DNA from: a bacterium
Lineage (GTDB): Bacteria > Patescibacteriota > Saccharimonadia > Saccharimonadales > Saccharimonadaceae
Length of the DNA: 38,845 bases
Direction: 5' to 3'
Assembly: GCA_021780305.1 (NCBI GenBank)
Contig: JAJXYZ010000042.1
Coordinates: 1 to 38,845 of the forward strand
Shown here in pieces: positions 8,622 to 17,884 of the stretch (position 1 is the first letter of the stretch; each line of letters starts with the position of its first letter). Below the pieces are notes generated by a model that was given only the letters and a program-made list of their open reading frames with translations, had not been told where the DNA came from and ran no database searches. A program made the position numbers and the translations under genes.

Positions 8622-8678
8622 ACTTGATTAAGCCTGATAATTAGTGCAGAATGTGACGAATATCTATATAATGTAATT

Positions 8679-9296
8679 ATGCACGAAAAAATACAGAAGT
8701 TTTTTGAAGAGTTTGCTACTGAAGAATATCAAAAAGGCGAGATGATAATTTTTGCTAATATGAATCTTAAGTCAGTTTATTATATTGAATCTGGTACGGT
8801 TATTGAATACGACATTGCCCCAAGTGGTACGCGTGCTATCCTAAACACATTTAAACCACATGCCTTTTTTCCAATATCTAACGCTATAAATGAGATTGAC
8901 ACACCGTATTTCTATGAGGCGAGTGGCCCAGTTACGGTTAGAAAAGCTCCCGCCTTAGCTGTAGTTGAGTTTATAAAGAAGAATCCAGACGTTGCCTATG
9001 ATCTGCTTCGGCGAATTTACAGAGGTACGGATGGAGTTTTGGCGCGTCTGTCGGAGATGATGCGGGGTGATGCTGAAAGCCGTGTCTTAAAAGAAATAGA
9101 TATTATCAAGAAGCGGTTTGGTTTTGAGGTTGTTGATAATGGTGCTGAGCAATTAATTAAAAAGGTACCTGAAAAGGAATTGGCCGAACGAACGGGTTTG
9201 GCGCGCGAAACTGTCAGCCGAGCGATAAAAAAGTTGAAAACATCGGGTCAGCTTAAGATTCAAAAAGGCTATATTATTATAAGCAATTCAAAGTAA
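8679..9296 (+). CDS. Crp/Fnr-family transcriptional regulator (2)
   Basis: YQKGEMII, YYIESGTVIEY, HTH ELAERTGLARETVSRA. Confidence 0.9.
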   Translation: MHEKIQKFFEEFATEEYQKGEMIIFANMNLKSVYYIESGTVIEYDIAPSGTRAILNTFKPHAFFPISNAINEIDTPYFYEASGPVTVRKAPALAVVEFIKKNPDVAYDLLRRIYRGTDGVLARLSEMMRGDAESRVLKEIDIIKKRFGFEVVDNGAEQLIKKVPEKELAERTGLARETVSRAIKKLKTSGQLKIQKGYIIISNSK

Positions 9297-9344
9297 GGTT
9301 GATATATGGCTAATATCCGACCTTTAGTAGTATGATTGTAATAG

Positions 9345-9842
9345 ATGACATACGATGAAATTGTACGAATTATTGCCGATGGAGCTTTGGCGCCAGTTAT
9401 CTTAATTGGCTCTTATATGTTAATTTTTAAAATTCCAAAGGGGCAGCGATTCCAGGCTTACTGTCGAATTTTGTTAGCCGGTCTGACGGCTTATCTGCTG
9501 GCTAAATTAGCCGCAACCGTATATCAACCAGATATAGCACGACCTTTTGAGTTGCTCGGTCAACATGCTGGCGCTTTATTTTTGAATAATCCCGGGTTTC
9601 CATCTGATCATACCTTGTTTGCCACTGCGATAACCTGCGCTGTTTGGTTTGAGACCAAAAACCGCTCGGTTAGTTTGTTGCTTGCGGGATTGGTTGTATT
9701 AATATCGATTGGTCGTGTTTTGGCGCTTGTCCATACGCCTATAGACGTTATATTTGGTATTATTTTCGGGCTAGTCGGATCGCTTTGGTACTTTAATTCC
9801 AGACCGGCTGTCTATAAAAGTACGTCATCTTTGCAGAAATAA
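9345..9842 (+). CDS. PAP2-family phosphatase (BcrC-like undecaprenyl-diphosphate phosphatase)
   Basis: Motifs K...RPF, GFPSDH, GRVLALVHTPID; hydrophobic. Confidence 0.85.
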   Translation: MTYDEIVRIIADGALAPVILIGSYMLIFKIPKGQRFQAYCRILLAGLTAYLLAKLAATVYQPDIARPFELLGQHAGALFLNNPGFPSDHTLFATAITCAVWFETKNRSVSLLLAGLVVLISIGRVLALVHTPIDVIFGIIFGLVGSLWYFNSRPAVYKSTSSLQK

Positions 9843-9889
9843 CAATTAGCGTATATACTATAATAAATTACTGAGGTAAGGGAGATAGT

Positions 9890-10375
9890 ATGGCTAAAGT
9901 TATAGTGGATGAAGGTCAAGTTCGCGAAGTCAGTCAATATTATATTTGGTGGCATTTAGCCCTGACCGGCGCTGGCTTGGGTCTTGTCTATTGGGTCATG
10001 ACTTATCTGGTTGGTCATTTTATTATCGATCAACTGTATTGCGGCAATTCGGTTAGTGCTATAACCTGCTCAAACTCAACCAGCATATCTGGGAATATAG
10101 CCGATATACTAGTTGCGGCAATTGGATTAGTTGTAATGGTTAGAATGAGGGTTTTTCGACCAATTATTATCGCAGTGGCTAGTGCAATTTTACTATGGGG
10201 CTTGGCCGGTTGGACGGAAGGCTTGTGGTTTCTAGAGGCAATTGTATGGTCTGTCCTATTATTTGCATTATGTTATCTTATGTTTTCGTGGGTTGGTCGT
10301 TATGCGCGCTCGACAGCGGTTCTGATTGCGGTACTAGTTATTGTGGTTATTGGTCGCATCGTACTAGCTCTATAA
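9890..10375 (+). CDS. integral membrane protein, unknown function
   Basis: About 5 TM segments, Cys pair in one loop, AAGGGAG SD. Confidence 0.75.
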   Translation: MAKVIVDEGQVREVSQYYIWWHLALTGAGLGLVYWVMTYLVGHFIIDQLYCGNSVSAITCSNSTSISGNIADILVAAIGLVVMVRMRVFRPIIIAVASAILLWGLAGWTEGLWFLEAIVWSVLLFALCYLMFSWVGRYARSTAVLIAVLVIVVIGRIVLAL

Positions 10376-10391
10376 GTGTTATACTTATGGT

Positions 10392-11465
10392 ATGAATGAG
10401 GTAATTTTACTGTTAATCTTGGCGGTTGTTTTAGTTGGTTTTGCGATTGTGCTTTACATCGTTAATCAGCGCATGCGCGAATTAAAGGCGGGTAGTGCGG
10501 TTGAGCTTTTAAAATCTGATGTGACCGAGTTGTCGCGTGGTATTAACAATTTGCAGCAGGCGATGGGCGACAAACTCGAACGTAATAATATGACAATGCA
10601 AACGTCGATGCAAAAGCAACTTAGTGAAAGTGCTAAATTAGTTGCCGATGTAACTCAGAGGCTGGCAAAACTGGACGAGACTAATCGCCGCGTCGTTGAT
10701 GTGGCTGATGAGTTAAAAACTCTTCAAAATGTACTTCAAAACCCGAAACAACGTGGTGTATTTGGTGAATACTATTTGGAATCTGTCCTTGAAAACATCT
10801 TACCTTCAAAAAATTATCAGATGCAATATCGATTTAAAGATGGTGAAATTGTTGATGCGGTAGTTTTTTTGGATAAGGGCCAAATTTTGCCAATCGATAG
10901 TAAGTTTAGCCTAGAGAACTATAACCGGATGGTGGGTGAAAATAGTAAACCCGAGCGAGAGAAATTGCTCGGTAAGGTTCGGTCTGACCTGAAGGGTCGG
11001 ATTGATGAAACCAGTAAGTACATTCGGCCCGGTGAAAATACGATGGACTTTGCCTTTATGTTTATTCCCAGTGAATCGCTTTACTACGATCTATTGATTG
11101 GTGATGTTGGTACTGGATCGAGCGCCCGCGATTTAATTGAATATGCCTTTCGTGACAAAAAGGTGATTATTGTTAGTCCGACTAGTTTTATGGCTTATCT
11201 GCAAACTGTTTTACAGGGCCTGCGAAGCCTGCAGATTGAAGAACAGGCTAAGGATATTCAAATCAGAGTTGGTAAGCTGGGCCAGCATATTGGTAGCTTC
11301 GAGCTGTTTATGCAGAAGCTGGGTAATTCGCTCGGTACAACGGTTAATCACTTTAATTCAGCCCATAAAGAACTTGGCAAGATAGACAAGGATGTCATTA
11401 AAATTGCTGGCAATAATCCATCAGTTGAGCCGCTGCTGATTGATAGACCGCGTGATGATATCTAG
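10392..11465 (+). CDS. rmuC: DNA recombination protein RmuC family
   Basis: N-terminal TM, coiled coil, KQRGVFGE, IDSKF, DFAFMFIPSE, SPTS. Confidence 0.92.
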   Translation: MNEVILLLILAVVLVGFAIVLYIVNQRMRELKAGSAVELLKSDVTELSRGINNLQQAMGDKLERNNMTMQTSMQKQLSESAKLVADVTQRLAKLDETNRRVVDVADELKTLQNVLQNPKQRGVFGEYYLESVLENILPSKNYQMQYRFKDGEIVDAVVFLDKGQILPIDSKFSLENYNRMVGENSKPEREKLLGKVRSDLKGRIDETSKYIRPGENTMDFAFMFIPSESLYYDLLIGDVGTGSSARDLIEYAFRDKKVIIVSPTSFMAYLQTVLQGLRSLQIEEQAKDIQIRVGKLGQHIGSFELFMQKLGNSLGTTVNHFNSAHKELGKIDKDVIKIAGNNPSVEPLLIDRPRDDI

Positions 11466-11480
11466 GTAAATTGATGTATA

Positions 11481-11513
11481 AAAATATCCCGCAGTTTGGC
11501 GGGATATTTTTTT
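11481..11513. terminator. bidirectional intrinsic terminator
   Basis: AAAATATCCCGC-AGTTTG-GCGGGATATTTT inverted repeat with A/T tails between convergent genes. Confidence 0.85.
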
Positions 11514-11527
11514 ATTACTAAAACCAA

Positions 11528-12355
11528 TTAGTTTCGTGCAGCGTCGTTTTCGACTCGCAACAAGTCTTGCAAGAAGAAACCGATAACACCACCAATAACT
11601 GGCGCAAGCACGTAGACGGCTAGAGGCCACACACTCCATTTAACAGCTTGTAGTGAGAAAGCTACTGCTGGGTTTAGGATAGCGGTTCCGCTAACATATG
11701 AGGCAGCTGAAGCAGCTAACAGAAGGGCGATAAAAATACCGAGACCAACTGTAAAAGCTGATACTATTCGATCGCGCTTTTCACGAAGTGCGGTCGCAAC
11801 GGCAAATCCAAGGATAGCTGTACCGACTAACTCCGAGAAGAAGACGTACCATTCTTTACCGGCTGGTAAAACTGCGGCCTTAAATAAAGCAGGGGGGGCT
11901 TGACCGTATGCTTGGGCGGCGGCGTCGACTGGTGCGGCTCCACCAATGAAGGCGTTTAGCAAACCAAAGGCTGCAAGTCCACCGAGAATCTGCGCAACTA
12001 TATAGCCAAGTGCGCGTAATCCGCTGATGCGCTTAGTAGCCCATGCGCCAATTGTCATAGCTGGGTTGATATGAGCGCCCGACATTGCGCCAACCATAAG
12101 TACTACACCCGCGATGGCAAACAGTACGATAATTGGTTGACCTTGTCCTGCAATAACTGCAATGGCAAGTAGGAACGTACCGATGAATTCAGCGACAAGA
12201 GTGCCAATTAATGGTGCTCTCTTAAGAACTGAACTTACCAAACTTCGATCTTCGGTCGCTCGGACTGCTTTTACAGTTGATGTCTTCGTTGTGACAGTGG
12301 CCGGTTTGGTTGCGGACGCTTTTACTGACTTTTGAACAGCTTTTTTAGTAGCCAT
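11528..12355 (-). CDS. aquaporin / MIP-family channel
   Basis: AEFIGTF, SGAHINPA, second LNPAVA, APVIGG; AAGGAGG SD. Confidence 0.92.
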   Translation of the reverse strand: MATKKAVQKSVKASATKPATVTTKTSTVKAVRATEDRSLVSSVLKRAPLIGTLVAEFIGTFLLAIAVIAGQGQPIIVLFAIAGVVLMVGAMSGAHINPAMTIGAWATKRISGLRALGYIVAQILGGLAAFGLLNAFIGGAAPVDAAAQAYGQAPPALFKAAVLPAGKEWYVFFSELVGTAILGFAVATALREKRDRIVSAFTVGLGIFIALLLAASAASYVSGTAILNPAVAFSLQAVKWSVWPLAVYVLAPVIGGVIGFFLQDLLRVENDAARN

Positions 12356-12432
12356 TTATTTTCCTCCTTAAGTGAACATGGCTATAGTATAACACAACCA
12401 AGATGAGGGCAACATGGGTGTATACTAGGGTT

Positions 12433-12669
12433 ATGTCTATATTTGTACGTCAAGATGAGCAAAGAACGCAACTGCAAGAGCGAATTGCAGCCGAACTCCG
12501 TGAACGTTCAAAGCAAAATGCAAGTTCTGGTGATTTACCAGATGGCGTTAATGATTCGCAGTATATGAAAGGAACTAAACAAACTAGTAGCTTAGGTTGG
12601 TTGTGGATTCTAGTTGGGCTCGCGGTCGTTGGTGTGATAATTTGGCTGACGATTATTAGTGCCAAGTAA
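12433..12669 (+). CDS. small tail-anchored membrane protein, unknown function
   Basis: TATACT (12421-12426) lies 6 nt before ATG 12433, favouring it over 12403; single C-terminal TM. Confidence 0.7.
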   Translation: MSIFVRQDEQRTQLQERIAAELRERSKQNASSGDLPDGVNDSQYMKGTKQTSSLGWLWILVGLAVVGVIIWLTIISAK

Positions 12670-12726
12670 TTAACTGTAAGTTTTATCATACATCGTGATT
12701 GTTTTGAAGTATAATAATTAACAGTT

Positions 12727-13737
12727 ATGCAAAGTATTGATGATGTGCGCCGAATTCTTCTTGCCCAGGTTGCCGACAGTCAGGAGCCACGGGAAGTTTT
12801 AAAAGCCAAAGAACTCAAAGATCTATACGGTAAAATTTCTAATATCGATCCGTCAGAGCGAGCGGCTTTTGGCAAGAATGTAAATGATTTAAAAAATGAT
12901 TTAGAGTCAGCCATTAGGTCTCGTGAATCGATACTTCAGGACGCCACGGTTACGTCGCTTGATGTGACAGCGCCCTGGGATATTAATTCGTCGGAACCGG
13001 AATTATTGCCAACTGAATTTGGTACTAAGCATCCTTTGACTACAGAACTTGATGTCGTTATTGATATCTTTACAAGAATGGGCTTTGAGGCGATTGAATC
13101 TCGCCAAATTGATGACGATTTTCATATGTTTAGTGCGTTAAACTTTCCGGAAAATCATCCCGCGCGCGACGGTTACGACACATTCCGTACCGAAGAGAAT
13201 TTCATCCCACCAGCTCATACTAGTACTATGCAAAACCGTGTCTTAAAGGATGGCAAGGCAAAGCTTGAGGCGGGTGGACAGATTGCCGCGATTAGTTATG
13301 GTCGAGTTTTTAGAAACGAAGATGTCGATGCAACTCACGAACATACTTTTTACCAATGTGAAGGTATATTTGTCAGTGAGTCGGCTACACTTAGCGATAT
13401 GATTGGTACGCTGCGGGCATTTTTTGAGTCATACTATGGTCAGAGCTTAAAGGTTAAAACGCAACCAGCTTACTTTCCATTCGTCGAGCCAGGCATGGAG
13501 TTTGCTATTGAAAAGCCTGCTTCACTAGGGGGTAAGCCGGGTGAATGGCTAGAGATGTTGGGGTGCGGTATGATACACCCGAATGTGCTTAAAACTGCCG
13601 GAATTGACCCAAGTAAATATCAGGGTTTTGCCTGGGGTGGGGGTGTTGATCGATTGGTAATGTTGAAATATGGTATTGAAGATTTGCGTCATTTCGAGTC
13701 TGGTAAGTTGTCATTTTTAAGGAAGTTTAAATCATGA
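12727..13737 (+). CDS. pheS: phenylalanine--tRNA ligase alpha subunit
   Basis: HPL, LNFPENHPAR, HTS, GRVFR, DATH, YFPFVEP, GCGMIHP, GFAWG.G.DRL. Confidence 0.97.
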   Translation: MQSIDDVRRILLAQVADSQEPREVLKAKELKDLYGKISNIDPSERAAFGKNVNDLKNDLESAIRSRESILQDATVTSLDVTAPWDINSSEPELLPTEFGTKHPLTTELDVVIDIFTRMGFEAIESRQIDDDFHMFSALNFPENHPARDGYDTFRTEENFIPPAHTSTMQNRVLKDGKAKLEAGGQIAAISYGRVFRNEDVDATHEHTFYQCEGIFVSESATLSDMIGTLRAFFESYYGQSLKVKTQPAYFPFVEPGMEFAIEKPASLGGKPGEWLEMLGCGMIHPNVLKTAGIDPSKYQGFAWGGGVDRLVMLKYGIEDLRHFESGKLSFLRKFKS

Positions 13738-16220
13738 TTATTTCTGTAAACTGGTTAAAAAAATTTGTCGACATCGACTTGCCGATTGACGAGTTAGCGC
13801 AGCTAATTGGTGCTCGAATTGTTGAAATTGAAGAAGTGGTTGATCTTGGCGCAAAGTATAAAGATACGTTAATCGTGCGCGTGGTAGAGTGCGCGCCGCT
13901 AGAAGGCAGCGACCATCTCCATTTGACTAAGATCGACGATAGCGGCAATCGTCAAGATGTGGAGCGTGATGCAAACGGCTTAATTCAAGTTGTTTGCGGT
14001 GCTCCAAATATTCATGCGGGTATGTTAGCTGTTTGGCTGCCACCAAATTCAGTTGTACCGGATAGTTATGGCACGACTAGCCCATTTACGCTTACTGCTA
14101 AGCCGTTGCGCGGCGTTACTAGTAACGGTATGTTAGCTAGTGCGAAAGAACTAGCCTTATTTGAAGATCATACCGGTATTCTCGAAGTTGATAAAAATGC
14201 CGAAGCCGGTAGTTTGTTTGCGACCGTCTATGAACTCGATGATTATTTACTTGATATTGAAAATAAATCATTAACTCATCGCCCAGATACGTTTGGAATT
14301 ATTGGATTTGCGCGTGAAGTTGCGGCAGTTTTAGGTAAGCCATTCGTTACGCCCGAATGGCTGGTTGGGCTTGACCCTATGTACGGTGATAAGGCTGATG
14401 ATGTTGCTTCATTATCAGTTACTATCGAAAACCTTGAACTATGCGCAAGATATCAAGCCGTTGTACTAAGTGATGCAGAACCACTGCGTCAGTCGCCACT
14501 GGAAATCCAGACATACCTCTCTAGGGTCGGAGTAAGGCCGATTAATGCGATTGTCGATGTGACAAATTATCTTATGATGTTAACCGGCCAGCCACTACAT
14601 GCATTTGATTATGACAAACTCGTGAAAGTTGGCGGGGGCAAAGCTGATATACACGTTCGGTCCGGTAGGCAGAATGAAAAACTTGAACTTTTAGACGGTC
14701 GATTAATCGAGTTGAGTGAAAGTGATGTTGTAATTGCGGCTGGCGAAACGGCTGTTGGTCTGGCTGGCGCAATGGGCGGTTTAAATACTGTAATTGATGA
14801 AAACACGAAAAATATTATCGTCGAAAGTGCTACCTTTGATCTTTATAAACTACGCTCAACTCAAATGCGACACGGTATTTTTAGTGAAGCAATTACGCGC
14901 TTCACGAAAGGCCAGCCAGCTGAACTTACCGCTCCGGTTTTAGCCGAGGCCGTTAAACTAATGGGCGAGTGGTCTGGTGCAAATCGAGTTAGTGAAGTTA
15001 TTGAAGCTGTTGGCGTGCAAACTTCTAATAAACCGATTACCGTAACAGTTAGCCGCATTAATCACGTGCTAGGCACTTCATTTACTCAGGATCAGATTGT
15101 TAATACATTACGCTCGGTTGAATTTGCAGTTGTCGAAGATAGCGACAAGCTAACTGTCGGTGCGCCGTATTGGCGGGCTGATATTCACATTATTGAGGAT
15201 ATTATTGAAGAAATTGGTCGACTTACGGGTTTTGACTCAATTACTCCAACTTTACCAACTAGAGATTTTACAGCTGTTTCACCGTCCGAGTTTGATATAT
15301 TTCGAACAAAGTTACGTAACAGTTTAGTGCGAGCCGGTGCTAGCGAAGTGCTAACTTATAGTTTTGTGCATGGTGATATTATGCGAAAAGTCGGACAAAA
15401 CGTTGATAATGCATACCGTATAACAAATTCAATTAGTCCTGATTTGCAATATTATCGTCAGTCGCTAACGCCTAGTCTTTTAAACATAGTATTTCCAAAC
15501 GTCAAACAAGGTTACGGTCAATTTGCTATATTTGAAATTAACAAAGTACATCCGAAGTCGACGGGGTTAACAGACGAAAATGTGCCGGTAGAAATCGGTA
15601 GTATCGCTCTAAGCGTCGTTAATACAAAAGAACTAGCTGGAGCGGCATTTTATAAGGCTAAACGTATCTTGTCGTATATGACAACTCAACTAGGTATAAG
15701 TTTACGATTTGAATCAGTTTCGGGTGAGGATAGTTCAGAGGTTTTGGCGCCATTCGAGCCAAAGCGCCGTGCCTATGTTGTAACTGAGGATAACGTTAAA
15801 ATCGGTGTAATCGGTGAATATAAGAAGAGCGTGGCGGTTAACTTTAAACTACCAGTTTACGCAGCAGGTTTTGAACTAGAAACAAGTAAATTGTTTAACG
15901 CTGTCAGTCAAAAAAAGCCAAGTTATCAGCCACTGAGTCGTTATCCTGGAACTGAACGTGATATTTGTTTTAAAGTCGCGGCTGAAACTGAATATATAAA
16001 AATTGAAGCTGCGGTTAACTCGGTTTTGGATCAGACTGAACTTGAAACAAACTTGCAGCCAGTCGATATTTATCAGGCCGACGGCACTCAAACAAAAAAC
16101 ATTACACTTCGTATTTCTATAACAGCAAATGATCATACACTGACGGCTCAAGAAGCCAATCAACTAGTCGAACAGGTGTCGCGGTCTGTTACGGCAACAG
16201 CTGGCGCAACGGTTATTTAG
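13734..16220 (+). CDS. pheT: phenylalanine--tRNA ligase beta subunit
   Basis: VVCGAPN, SNGMLAS, VDVTNY, GQPLHAFD, WRADI..EDIIEEIGR, SRYP..RD; ATGA overlap with pheS. Confidence 0.97.
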   Translation: MIISVNWLKKFVDIDLPIDELAQLIGARIVEIEEVVDLGAKYKDTLIVRVVECAPLEGSDHLHLTKIDDSGNRQDVERDANGLIQVVCGAPNIHAGMLAVWLPPNSVVPDSYGTTSPFTLTAKPLRGVTSNGMLASAKELALFEDHTGILEVDKNAEAGSLFATVYELDDYLLDIENKSLTHRPDTFGIIGFAREVAAVLGKPFVTPEWLVGLDPMYGDKADDVASLSVTIENLELCARYQAVVLSDAEPLRQSPLEIQTYLSRVGVRPINAIVDVTNYLMMLTGQPLHAFDYDKLVKVGGGKADIHVRSGRQNEKLELLDGRLIELSESDVVIAAGETAVGLAGAMGGLNTVIDENTKNIIVESATFDLYKLRSTQMRHGIFSEAITRFTKGQPAELTAPVLAEAVKLMGEWSGANRVSEVIEAVGVQTSNKPITVTVSRINHVLGTSFTQDQIVNTLRSVEFAVVEDSDKLTVGAPYWRADIHIIEDIIEEIGRLTGFDSITPTLPTRDFTAVSPSEFDIFRTKLRNSLVRAGASEVLTYSFVHGDIMRKVGQNVDNAYRITNSISPDLQYYRQSLTPSLLNIVFPNVKQGYGQFAIFEINKVHPKSTGLTDENVPVEIGSIALSVVNTKELAGAAFYKAKRILSYMTTQLGISLRFESVSGEDSSEVLAPFEPKRRAYVVTEDNVKIGVIGEYKKSVAVNFKLPVYAAGFELETSKLFNAVSQKKPSYQPLSRYPGTERDICFKVAAETEYIKIEAAVNSVLDQTELETNLQPVDIYQADGTQTKNITLRISITANDHTLTAQEANQLVEQVSRSVTATAGATVI

Positions 16221-16282
16221 ATTACGATGGTCAGCTTAAGTTTGCTATAATGTAAGAAGTATTTATGCAAGGGGGTTTTCTA

Positions 16283-16888
16283 GTGGCTTCAAAAGACACA
16301 GCACAACGTATTGGAATTTGGATTATCGCGATTGTTATGACGGTCGGTACAATCGGATCATTTGTAGTGATTATTTTATCAAACAATAACCAGCAGGCCG
16401 ACTTAGCGCAGCAGCAAAAGGATCAAGCCGCTCAACAGGCCGCCTATCAACAACAGCAAGCTACGGCGGCCAAGGCGAATGCAGATAGTTCTGAGGCCTT
16501 GACTGGCTATAGCGCCACTCCGTTTGACGCTGCTTCCGTGACATCTCTTAAGGTCGAAACATTAACCGAAGGGACGGGTGACACAATTAAATCAACCGAT
16601 TCTATTAATGCTAGCTATTTCGGTTGGACATCAGACGGTGTTATTTTTGATAGTAGTCAAAAGAAGAGTACTGCAGACGCACCAGTTACCTTTCCTTTAA
16701 GTAATGTTATCAAAGGCTGGACGACAGGTTTAACGGGCGTTAAGGTTGGCTCTGTTGTTAAATTAACCATTCCAGCTGATCAGGCATATGGCGCGGCTGG
16801 GTCAGGCGTTATTCCAGCAAACGCACCACTTCAGTTTATTGTTGAAATTCACAAAATTGATAATTCAACGAAGTCTAGCGCGCAATAA
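16283..16888 (+). CDS. membrane-anchored FKBP-type peptidyl-prolyl isomerase
   Basis: N-terminal TM, Gln/Ala linker, FDSS, VIKGW, IPADQAYG, IPANAPLQF; GTG 16283 follows AGGGGG (ATG 16265 is the alternative). Confidence 0.88.
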   Translation: MASKDTAQRIGIWIIAIVMTVGTIGSFVVIILSNNNQQADLAQQQKDQAAQQAAYQQQQATAAKANADSSEALTGYSATPFDAASVTSLKVETLTEGTGDTIKSTDSINASYFGWTSDGVIFDSSQKKSTADAPVTFPLSNVIKGWTTGLTGVKVGSVVKLTIPADQAYGAAGSGVIPANAPLQFIVEIHKIDNSTKSSAQ

Positions 16889-16939
16889 CACTATATATAG
16901 TATACTAATAATAGATTTAAAATAGTCAGAAAGGCTAAT

Positions 16940-17884
16940 ATGACAAGTGACTCAGTAAAAGATGTAGTTATGATTGGCGCTGGTCCGAGCGCGCTGACCG
17001 CCGCAGTCTATACGACTCGTGAAGATATCGATACGACTTTATATGAAAAGGCGGCTGTTGGCGGTTTGGCGGCAATTACAGATATGGTTGATAATTATCC
17101 CGGTTTTCCAGATGGAATTGAAGGTATGAAATTAGCCGAACAACTTGAAAAACAAGCCAAGCGCTTTGGTGCCAAGATTGAATATGGTGATGTTTCAGCG
17201 GTTCGCGTGCAAGATGGTCTTAAGGTCTTAACAATCGACGGCCAAGACGTTAAGGCCAAGGCGGTTTTAATTGCGACAGGTAGCGATTATGGCAAAATCA
17301 ATGTACCTGGTGAAGCTGAATACTATGCACGTGGCGTTCACTACTGTGCGACCTGTGACGGTGCTTTTTATCGTGATCGACCAATTGCGGTGATTGGCGG
17401 TGGTAACTCGGCTGTCCAGGAGTCGATCTTTTTGACTCGATTTGCATCACATATTGATTTGCTGGTTCGAAGCCGTATCAAGGCCAGTGATGTGTTGCAG
17501 CGTGATTTGAAGGCATATATTGATAGCGGCAAAATAACAGTTCATCTTAATACGACAATTGATGAGATTGCCGCAACCGACGGTAAAGTTTCAGTAGTCA
17601 AGGTGACTGAAAATGGCGAACCGCGTGAAGTTGCGGTCGACGGTGTATTTATCTTTGTTGGCCTAAAGCCTAATACTGGATTTTTAGCTGGTACAGATAT
17701 CGAACTTGATGAACGCGGTCTAATAAAGACTGATTTAAGGCTGCAGACAAACATACCGGGTATATTTGCGAGCGGTGATGTCAGAAGTGGAGCTACTATG
17801 CAAATCGCTAGTGCGGTTGGTGAGGGTGCTTCGGCGGCGTTGTCGATACGAGAATATTTGGAAGAAATCGAAAAAGCAGCTTAA
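16940..17884 (+). CDS. trxB: thioredoxin reductase
   Basis: IGAGPS, NYPGF, CATCDG, GGGNSA, FASGD. Confidence 0.95.
   Translation: MTSDSVKDVVMIGAGPSALTAAVYTTREDIDTTLYEKAAVGGLAAITDMVDNYPGFPDGIEGMKLAEQLEKQAKRFGAKIEYGDVSAVRVQDGLKVLTIDGQDVKAKAVLIATGSDYGKINVPGEAEYYARGVHYCATCDGAFYRDRPIAVIGGGNSAVQESIFLTRFASHIDLLVRSRIKASDVLQRDLKAYIDSGKITVHLNTTIDEIAATDGKVSVVKVTENGEPREVAVDGVFIFVGLKPNTGFLAGTDIELDERGLIKTDLRLQTNIPGIFASGDVRSGATMQIASAVGEGASAALSIREYLEEIEKAA

Noticed and set aside
16385..16480. CAG/CAA-rich repeat-like stretch
   Set aside because: Encodes the Gln/Ala linker of the FKBP protein; not a DNA repeat element.
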